64,000 bases of DNA, taken from an uncultured Planctomycetota bacterium. GTDB lineage: Bacteria > Planctomycetota > Planctomycetia > Isosphaerales > Isosphaeraceae. The position numbers and the translations under genes were made by a program. The DNA lies in the NCBI GenBank assembly GCA_963823665.1, contig CAWGMQ010000008.1:1984001-2048000 (forward strand). The letters are read 5' to 3'. The number at the start of each line of letters is the position of its first letter. Within the stretch, counting starts at the first letter, position 1. Below, one piece after another: positions 56,035 to 64,000 of this stretch. Under the pieces are notes generated by a model that worked only from the letters and a program-made list of their open reading frames with translations, did no database searches and was not told the origin of the DNA.

Positions 56035-57392
56035 TCACAACAGCCCACCTGTCCAGCTCGGCTCGATTCGTTTCATCAAAGTCGCGTCGTCGCGCCCGGT
56101 CATGCCACACTTGACGTACCACTCCGCCCCACGCGCTAGCTTGTCCTGATCAAGCGTGACACCCGAACCCGGCCCGGTGGGTACCGCCATCCGGCCTTCC
56201 TTGATCACAAGTTTCGGTCCCTCGATGATGTCCGTCGCCTCCGCGAGCCATGGGTAATGCGTGTCACTCGCGAGTGTCAACTCCGGAATCGACGCAGCAA
56301 GCTGAATCATCGCGGCCATCGTTACACCGGCGTGATTGTTGCTGTGATGGCTCATCGACCAGCCTACCGCCCGGCAGATCGGACAAGCGCCTGGCAGCCC
56401 GCAAATCCTCCGAAATATTGGTGGTCGCATAGCAGAACATCGATCGGTTTCAATTCAAGCGCCCGGCAATGTGCTGGAATCGGGTGACGCACATGTTCGT
56501 GCTCATCTTCAATCCCGTTTGCCTTCGCACCTCGGCCAACGCTTTCTGGCCGTTGACCGGATCTTCATAGTATTCCAGCTCGACTTCGGCGAGCTTCTTC
56601 CCGATACGCACCGCCGTGTCCTCCCGCCACCGCCCGTTGGGATAGATCCGTAGCAATGCTTTCGGGCTAAGCCGCGCCGCCAGCTCCTTCATCGTCTGGA
56701 GCTCGAGATCGGGGTCGAGCACCCCGGCCTTAAGCCTGAACACCCGAAAACCCCACTTCTCGCGAAATCGCGCAGCCATCGCAGCCATTGCCTCTGGCGT
56801 GCGAACTTCGCCCCATGAGTCCAGGGCGCGATCGCCCCGTCCGCGCGAATCGACCAACCGCGGGTCGCTCAATATCACCGGATCATCGGCGGCATAGCGG
56901 AAAAAGAGATAAGCCGCAATCTCCACCGAGTCGCGTACCGGCCCGCCAACCAGCTCACAAAACCGCCGGTCGATCGCACGTGCGCATGCGTCAACACAGG
57001 CCATCTCGATCGCCGCATGCGCCGCCATACTCCCCGCTCGAAGCTCCCGGGCAACCTTTCGGTAAGCAAAGGCATTTTGGACGAGCAGCAGCCCAGTGGC
57101 CTGATTGAGCGCTTTCGTTACATCGCGGCCCCTGTGCGTTTCTCCAATCCCCACAATGCCGCCATCGGTTCGCAGCTCCACGACATTCCGCAGAAAATAC
57201 GGCCCACAACAACCGCTGGCCGCGAGAATGGGCAGATCGGGCAGCGCAATCGGCGCCACTTTGAGCCCGGTGATCACAAGCGGGGAACCCTTCGGCGCCA
57301 GAGCACGCGCACGACGTCCCTGCACCGTCTCTCCCGCCACGGCCGCAACGAGCACCGCCCTTAAGCCAGTCGCGACGATTCGGTCTCATCAA
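56035..57392 (-). pseudogene. Glucarate dehydratase-like enolase-superfamily enzyme with Tat signal, multiply frameshifted
   Basis: MMRPNRRDWLKG; GIVGIGET, FRLKAGV, LRIYPNGRW (DPN altered), EYYEDPV, STNMCV, SHHSNNH, ASDTHYPW. Confidence 0.8.
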
Positions 57393-57458
57393 TCGCTCCT
57401 GACCAGCAGGTCACCCGAGCAAAACCCCGCCAAATCGGACGCTTTATTTGCGCGAAAG

Positions 57459-57960
57459 CTAGCGGCGCCGCATCGCGCGGTCAATGTCGCGCTTGGCGTC
57501 CTGTTTCTTGATCGCCTCCCGCTTGTCAAACGTCTTCCGTCCTCGCGCGTAAGAGAGTCTCAATCTTGGCCATCCCCTTCTTGAAGTAGATCGAAAGCGG
57601 TACCAGCGTGATCCCTTTCTCGCCCGTCTTGCTTGCCAGCTTCGCGATCTCGCGCCGATGCAGGAGGAGCTTACGCGTGCGCTTCGGAAGGTGGTTCTCC
57701 CTGTTCCCTTGCACATACTCGGGGATGTCGCATCCCTTGAGCCATACTTCACCACCGTCGACTTCGGCGTAGGCATCTTCCAGACTGGCCCTGCCGTTTC
57801 GGAGGCTCTTGACCTCCGTTCCCGTAAGCACCATTCCCGCCTCGACTCGCTCCATCAAGTCGTATTCGTGCCGCGCGCGGCGATTTCGTGCGACGATCTT
57901 CACTGCCGAATCGTCGGCTTTGCCAGCGATTTTCGCCTTGGCGGTATCCTTCTTGGCCAT
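57459..57960 (-). CDS. smpB: SsrA-binding protein (1-bp insertion at ~57559, probably an error)
   Basis: NRRARHEY...EAGMVLTGTEVKSLR...RTRKLLLHRREI...VPLSIYF; removing one base restores KIELSYARGRKTFDKRE. Confidence 0.93.
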
Positions 57961-58077
57961 AGCAAGCCCAGGAGTCGAAAGCGTGATCGTCACCACTGAA
58001 TGAACGCTGCTGCCATCTGTGAACGCATCATAGAGGCCCGTTTCCTGGGCGACAAGAGTTCCGATGCAGCGAGTTGC

Positions 58078-58548
58078 TCAGCCCGACCTCTCTTTCAGCT
58101 CCGCCAGGATCTCCGCAAACGGCCGGCGCGTTTCCGGATCGACCGCCTCCGGAGCCACCTCGACCAGCGGCTCCAGAACAAATCGCCGCACGCGCATTCG
58201 CGGATGCGGTACGCATAGCTCCGGTGTTTGCAGGACTCTGTCCTCGAAAAGCAGCAGGTCTAGGTCCAGCGTCCGCTCGCCCCAGCGAACCGTCCGGTCG
58301 CGTCCAAACTGAACTTCGATTCGCTGGAGTACGCCGAGCAACTCGATCGGCTCGAGTTCGGTCTCGAGCAGAGTGACGGCGTTCAAAAACAACCCCTGGC
58401 CCGGCGAGCCGCCAACCGGCTCGGTCTCGTGAAGCGAGCTAACCTGCCGGACGGTCACACCCGGTGTATGCCCAATCGCTGCAATGGCGCCATTGATATA
58501 CGCCATTCGGTCACCGAGATTGCTGCCTACGCCGACGAAGGCATTCAC
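58078..58548 (-). CDS. folK: 2-amino-4-hydroxy-6-hydroxymethyldihydropteridine diphosphokinase
   Basis: VGVGSNLGDR, ETEPVG, FLNAV, RWGERTLDLDLL, VPHPRM..RRFVLEPL. Confidence 0.95.
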   Translation of the reverse strand: MNAFVGVGSNLGDRMAYINGAIAAIGHTPGVTVRQVSSLHETEPVGGSPGQGLFLNAVTLLETELEPIELLGVLQRIEVQFGRDRTVRWGERTLDLDLLLFEDRVLQTPELCVPHPRMRVRRFVLEPLVEVAPEAVDPETRRPFAEILAELKERSG

Positions 58549-59714
58549 AGTTTGAGCTTTCCAATCCGTTCGACCGCTTCGAGCAGCCGCGGCGTTTCCA
58601 CTGTCAGTGCAGCGCGAATGTATCCGTCGGCGGTCCGCCCGAATCCGATGCCCGGTGTCGTTACGACGTTTGCCTCATCCAGCAATCGCGTGCACAGCTC
58701 CGCCGATGTGTATCCCGCAGGGCAGGGGATCCACACATAAAAAGTCGCCTCTGGCGTCGGAACTCGCCAACCGATGTGCCGCAGCGCCCCCACGAATGCA
58801 TCGCGACGCTCTTTGTAAAGTGCTCGAATCGGAGGACCAAGTTTGTGGTACTCGTCCAGCGCCGTCATGCCGGCGGACTGGATGGCCGTGAACACCCCCG
58901 AATCCGTGTTCGCCTTCACCTGGCCAAGAGCCGCGACGAGTGGGGCTCCTCCGATCGCAAATCCAATCCGCCAGCCCGTCATGTTGAACGTCTTGGAAAG
59001 ACTATGAAACTCGATGGCCACGTCTTTGGCCCCGGGTACCTCGAGAATGCTGAGCGGCGCTGTCTCATAATACATCTCGTTGTAAGCCGCATCCTGCGCG
59101 ACCACGAATTCATTGGCCCGCGCGAGCTCGACCACTCTCTCGAAAAACGATCGATCAGCCGTTGCCCCGGTGGGATTGTTAGGGTAATTCAAGAACATCA
59201 ACCGCGCGAGAGAGAATACGTCAACAGGAATCGCTTCAAGGTCGGGCCGAAAGCCCAGCTTCGATTCCAGCGGCATCGTATGGACTTCGCCGCCAGCGAA
59301 CATGCTGCTGGAACGATAGACAGGGTAACATGGGTCCGGGACGAGGCTAATGTCGCCGGGGTTTATCACGGCCAGAGGCAAATGCGCCAGCCCCTCCTTC
59401 GAGCCGATCAGTACGAGCACCTCCGTCTCCGGATCGAGGTCGATGCCGTACCGGCGCTTGCAGAATGCCGCAATTGACCGCCGCAGCTCCGGCGACCCTT
59501 GATCCAGGGCATACTGGTGAAACGCAGGATTCTCAACATGGTGCTGCACGCTGCGGATGATCGCTTCCGGAGTCGGATGATCGGGGTCGCCCACCCCGAG
59601 GTTGATCACGTCACGCCCGGCGGCGATCGCCGCCTTCTTCTTCTTGTCAATCTCGCCAAACAAATAAGGTGGAAGCTTCCGCAGCCGTTCCGACTTTACA
59701 AATTCCATCGCCAT
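58545..59714 (-). CDS. dapL: LL-diaminopimelate aminotransferase (class I PLP)
   Basis: RLRKLPPYLF, LGVGDPD, IGSKEGLAH, NYPNNPTG, DAAY, FHSLSKTFNMTGWRIG. Confidence 0.85.
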   Translation of the reverse strand: MAMEFVKSERLRKLPPYLFGEIDKKKKAAIAAGRDVINLGVGDPDHPTPEAIIRSVQHHVENPAFHQYALDQGSPELRRSIAAFCKRRYGIDLDPETEVLVLIGSKEGLAHLPLAVINPGDISLVPDPCYPVYRSSSMFAGGEVHTMPLESKLGFRPDLEAIPVDVFSLARLMFLNYPNNPTGATADRSFFERVVELARANEFVVAQDAAYNEMYYETAPLSILEVPGAKDVAIEFHSLSKTFNMTGWRIGFAIGGAPLVAALGQVKANTDSGVFTAIQSAGMTALDEYHKLGPPIRALYKERRDAFVGALRHIGWRVPTPEATFYVWIPCPAGYTSAELCTRLLDEANVVTTPGIGFGRTADGYIRAALTVETPRLLEAVERIGKLKL

Positions 59715-59807
59715 TGCCCGGCAAGACCTCTCTGCTGTCAACTCGAGCGGAAACAATTCGCGCGACTCTCACTGATATTTTGCATCGCGATCGCTGCATC
59801 GCTGCGC

Positions 59808-60548
59808 TCACGATGCCATCGCCTCGGCAGGAATGTTGTCATTGGCGTAAACGTTTTGTACGTCATCATTGCTGTCGAGCAATTCTTTGAGCTTGCGCAT
59901 CTTGCGGCCGTTCTCGACGTCAAGGTCAACGTACGTCGTCGGAATGTACGAAGTCTCGGCGCTTTCGAGGGCAATTCTTTGGTCCTCGAGACCCTTCCGC
60001 ACAGACTCGAACAGCTTGGGGTCGCAGGTGACCTCGAAATACCCGTCCACCAGTTGAACGTCGTCCGCCCCAGCCTCAAGGGCGACCTCCATTAGCCGTT
60101 CCTCGGATACGTGCCCGGCATCAACCACGAACAACCCCTTGAAATTGAACAGATAGCCGACGCACCCGCTGGCCCCGAGATTACCGCCGGCCGATTCGAA
60201 CAGCCGGCGAAGCTCGCTCGCCGTCCGATTCCGATTATCGGTCAAGGCCTCGCAAAGAACAGCGACGCCGCCTGGGCCATACCCCTCGTAGACCACTTCC
60301 TCGAAGTTCTCGCCGCCGAGTTCACCGGTCGCCTTCTTGATCGACCGCTCGATGTTCTCCTTGGGAACGCTGAACGACCGAGCTTTATCAATCGCGTACC
60401 GCAGCCGCATGTTTGCGGCCGGGTCACCCCCTCCATTGCGCGCGGCCACATAGACGGCCCTGCAGAGTTTCGTGAAGAGTTGCCCGCGCTTTGCGTCGAC
60501 CAAGCCCTTGCGGTGGGCGATGTTGGCTGAATGCGAATGTCCTGCCAT
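59808..60548 (-). CDS. yebC: YebC/PmpR family protein
   Basis: MAGHSH..NIAHRKG...YEGYGPGGVA...TDNRNRT...DDVQNVYAN. Confidence 0.95.
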   Translation of the reverse strand: MAGHSHSANIAHRKGLVDAKRGQLFTKLCRAVYVAARNGGGDPAANMRLRYAIDKARSFSVPKENIERSIKKATGELGGENFEEVVYEGYGPGGVAVLCEALTDNRNRTASELRRLFESAGGNLGASGCVGYLFNFKGLFVVDAGHVSEERLMEVALEAGADDVQLVDGYFEVTCDPKLFESVRKGLEDQRIALESAETSYIPTTYVDLDVENGRKMRKLKELLDSNDDVQNVYANDNIPAEAMAS

Positions 60549-60558
60549 TTCTTTTCAC

Positions 60559-63043
60559 TCATGGTGTTCGGGCGGCAGGTGACTTGGGTATCGGACCAAG
60601 CTGCTCGAGCGACCCGATCTTCTTCCGGATCTCCGGCAATCGCTTTTCCGGGGGAACAGCCTGTTCCGCATATTTCGCCGCCTCACCCCAGGACTCAGCC
60701 GCCTTTCGCACGTCATGGAGGTGAAAGTACACGTCGCCCAGATGTTCAAAAATCGTGGCATCCGGGTTCGACCCGTCCCGCGCGGCTTGCTCCTTCGTCT
60801 TCTCCGCCGCCTTGATGAGCGGCTCGAGAGCATCCTTGGCTCTGCCCCGCTTGAACAACACCCAACCCAGGCTGTCGAGATATGCCTGATTCTCCTGTAT
60901 GGCAAGCGCCTTGCGAATCATCGCTTCGGCCTTCTCGAGGTTCTTCCCTTGCTCTGCATACAGATACCCCAGGTCGTTGTTGGGCTCCGCCTCATCGGGA
61001 AAACGCTCCAGCAGCCGCTCGAGCTCCGCCTCGCCCTTGACATAGTCTCCCTGATTGACATGCACGATCGAAAGGATCGGACGAATCACCTTGATAACCT
61101 CGTCATTGTCCGGAAAACGCTTCAAGACGCCCTCTAGCACCTTGATCGCTTCCTCGTTCCGGCCATATCGAGTCAGGATGATCCCCAGCCGCCAATCATA
61201 GTCAGGATTGCCCGGTTCCCGCCGCGCGGCATCATGCAACACGCGCACGGCATCGTCTACCTGACCAATCTCGCTCAAGAGTGCCGCCAGACTCGCTTGG
61301 GCTGACCCTTCGCCAGGGTCCAGCCGCATCGCCTCGCGTAAAGTCGACTTCACAGCCTCGTTGTGCCCGGCCCGCCGATGCAGATCGGCCAGCTCCACCA
61401 ATCGCTGAACCGATTTCGTGGCAGGATGCTGAGCCATCAGTTTCTCAAGGGCGCTTGCCGATTCGGCATATCGGCCCAACTGTCTCAGCGTGTCAATCAT
61501 CTCGTTCTGGACGATGGGACCAGGGTTTCCCTCGGCGTAAAATCGCTCGATTCCCAGCAGCTTCTCCAGCCGGCGATCCTTGTTCTGAGAGCCTTGGGCC
61601 GGATTATTGGCGATCAGCGATAACACTTCGTAAGTCGATCTCGATACCGACTTGGGCGCGGCCGTGATTTTTTTGAGACCGGCCTCAAGCATGCCTTCGG
61701 CCATCTCATCATCCGCGGCAGCCGTGGCGAGCTGAGACTTGATCGCGTCCAGGCTCTCCGGACGCTTAATCGCCTCGCTCATCACCTTGAGGAAGTCAGC
61801 GGCCTTCTTACGTTTCAACAAGGAACTGGCGAGCGCTCGGTAAGTCTGGGGAGTCGGCTGCGACGATAGCAGCGACTTGTAGAGCGCCTCGGCCTTGTCG
61901 TTCTCACCTACCTCCCGATAGCGATCGGCGAGAACGTACTGGAGCGGAATATTCTTCGAATCCCGCCGCGCAGCCGCTTCCAACCGCTGCGTGATCTCGT
62001 TCTCACGCTTCAGCGCCTTGAGGATGCGCGCCAGTAGCTCATATGCTTCCACAAACGGAGTCTGCCGCTCGATGTGGCGATCGACGAGCGCCAGCGCCTG
62101 CTCCCCCCGGTTAAGCTTGAGCAAAGTGTCGGCCAAGATCAGCGAGATCTGTGTATTGTCTTCGTCGTATACGAGCCCGTGCTCGAGCGCCTTCACCGCT
62201 AGCTCATCCCGCTTCGCCGCCAGAAAAACCGTGGCGAAATTGAAATAAGCCGTCGCCGGGCTATCGCCCAGAATGCGGAACACTTCGACAGGCGTGAGTC
62301 GATTGGCCGACTTGTCGTCTAGCTCCTCCACTACCTTCGCAAAAGCGTCCGCGGCCTTGTCCGTCTGATGGAGCCGCCCCGAATACAGCCGCCCAAGCTC
62401 GTATTGTGCCAGTAGCCGCCCAAATGCATGCTGTTCCAGCTTCGGGTTCGCCAGAACCTCGTTCAAGATCGACACAGCCCCGGCTGGATCGCTTCGACGG
62501 TAGTACTCCACGAGCTGGCCGAGCGTCTCGCTATCCCCGGGCTCGGCCGCCAGCACCCGCTTCCCGTATTCAACCGCCAGATCCGGGCGCCCGATCGCCC
62601 CGATGTAGAGCCGACATAAACGGCGGGCCACAGCGATCGAATCGGGCTCGAGCTTGAGAGCCTCCTGAAGCACCGCAACCGCGTCGTTCCATGCACGACG
62701 ATCTTCGAGCGCACGGCCCGCGGCATAGAGCCGTACGACCTCCAGCCGGCGACGATCGTCGGTCGTCGCGGGCCGAAGCGGTACGAAAGGCCGCGGCGGT
62801 TCATCACCGGGCTGCGCGAAGAACTCCGAGACATCCAGCCGCCCTTCCTTCGGAGCTTCCGCCCCAGGCCGCTTTGCCTCCTGAGCACCCGCGCCTTGCG
62901 CCAGGCTCGCTCGACCCGCCCAGTTTCGCGACCGGCTCGAGTGCCCCGGCTTTCGCCGGAGCATCGCCAGCACCTGGCCAAACCGCTAACCCGACAAGCG
63001 TCAGGGTCACTCGAACCACTCGAATCGACCCCAGCATGACCAT
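60559..63043 (-). CDS. Exported TPR-repeat protein (probable frameshift near 62890)
   Basis: Many TPR motifs, NDLGYLYAE...AYLDSLGWVLF...IFEHLGDVY; signal-like MVMLGSIRVVRVTLTLVGLAVW with RBS AGGAG lies in another frame. Confidence 0.85.
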
Positions 63044-63294
63044 GTCTCCTCGTCCAGAATTCTGTCGCCGCGCTGCGTGAAACGGGATGATGAATCTTCC
63101 CAAGATCCTCGGGCGTCGACCAGCAGGTCCGTCCCGGCCCTCGCGACGCTCCTTCGTCCCCGGAAGAGGGCCAAACGGCCCACCGAAGCCATCATAGTAG
63201 CACGGCGCCACGAGACATGCCAAGCCGGAGTCGCTCAATCGACGTGTCGCCAGACGAAAGAACCGAAACCCGTCCTCGCGGCGGTCGTCCCCGC

Positions 63295-64000
63295 TCACTT
63301 GCCACCGCGACGCTTCTCTCCACGCGATTTGCCCGAGCGAGGCGCCGCCTTGGCAGACCTTGACGCCGGCTTCTTCTCAGCCGTTCTGGTGGCCGCATGG
63401 TCTCCCCCCTTCCCACCCTTCGCCGTTTTCGCTTCCTCCTTCACCACGCGGCTTGAACCCTGGCGCCCGGCCAGCCGCACCTCCGTCTTGCGATTGAGCG
63501 CGAACACGCAGATCTTGCGCAGTTCACACCGCGAGCAATCCGGCTCGACCTCAACGCAGGTGTCGTTGGTCAGATCCTCCATCAAATCCAGAAACTCGGC
63601 GCCGCGGTTCTTGGGCACCGCGCGCTCAAGCACGGCACGCAACACAGGTACCTCGGGTTCCGAGAAACCCAGACGCTGCAAGGCACGCTGGCCCGGCTTA
63701 TCGACCGGTATCGCATGCCCCCCGAGCGCGTGTTGGATTACCGTCGCTGTCACGTAGTCCGACTCGAAGGCATCGTACGTACGCAGCACCTTGAGCGCTT
63801 CCTTGAGCGGCTTCTTGGCCAGCACGTCGAGCGTGAACCCGTACGTCCTGTTGAAAAGCTGCCGCAGGAATCGGCGGATGCGCTGCGCCCTTGTCTCGGG
63901 TTCGGGAACCCCGGCAAGCGTCCTTTGAATCTCGTCGACGCTGCTCACCCGGATCTCATTCCAGTCGAAAAAGTCGTCGTTGAACCGCGACAGGGCCTGG
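63295..64000 (-). CDS. Endonuclease III-like HhH-GPD family protein (5' end outside window)
   Basis: FFDWNEIRVSS, HAIPVD, C-x5-C-x2-C-x5-C-like Cys cluster, basic tail. Confidence 0.7.
   Translation of the reverse strand, partial: QALSRFNDDFFDWNEIRVSSVDEIQRTLAGVPEPETRAQRIRRFLRQLFNRTYGFTLDVLAKKPLKEALKVLRTYDAFESDYVTATVIQHALGGHAIPVDKPGQRALQRLGFSEPEVPVLRAVLERAVPKNRGAEFLDLMEDLTNDTCVEVEPDCSRCELRKICVFALNRKTEVRLAGRQGSSRVVKEEAKTAKGGKGGDHAATRTAEKKPASRSAKAAPRSGKSRGEKRRGGK

Overview
GC-rich bacterial DNA, most likely a planctomycete (Isosphaeraceae-like; inferred from gene context and protein style, not tested). Four zones. (1) 1-15.3 kb: an IS graveyard (two IS21, IS66, IS3) around a receiver-less sigma54 activator, then a decayed ~5.2 kb island at a tRNA-Arg 3' fragment carrying an integrase remnant, methyltransferase, GT4, gmhA fragment, gmhB and transaldolase. 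(2) 15.3-44.3 kb: a ~29 kb co-oriented siphovirus-like virion module: scaffold, SU10/DUF5309-like capsid, GT-A glycosyltransferase, HEXXH protein, two giant Ser/Thr/Gly-rich fibre/spike proteins, tail tube, tail chaperone with a -1 frameshift signal, tape measure and hub. It has no portal, replication, repressor or endolysin genes in the window. (3) 45-55 kb: nested IS3/ISL3/IS1634, terminase remnants, ispA-dxs, an IS1202-type remnant and an IS3 splitting an FKBP gene. (4) 55.5-64 kb: backbone (ssrA, enolase-family pseudogene, smpB, folK, dapL, yebC, TPR protein, HhH-GPD protein). Best leads are the possibly domesticated (GTA- or tailocin-like) virion module with a GH-A-like spike and possible virion glycosylation, two covarying structured motifs shared between different IS elements, an IstB tail built from the IS's own end repeats, and an IS sitting inside a heptamer palindrome. 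Many isolated 1-bp insertions, even in smpB, suggest consensus sequencing errors, so single-frameshift pseudogene calls are provisional.
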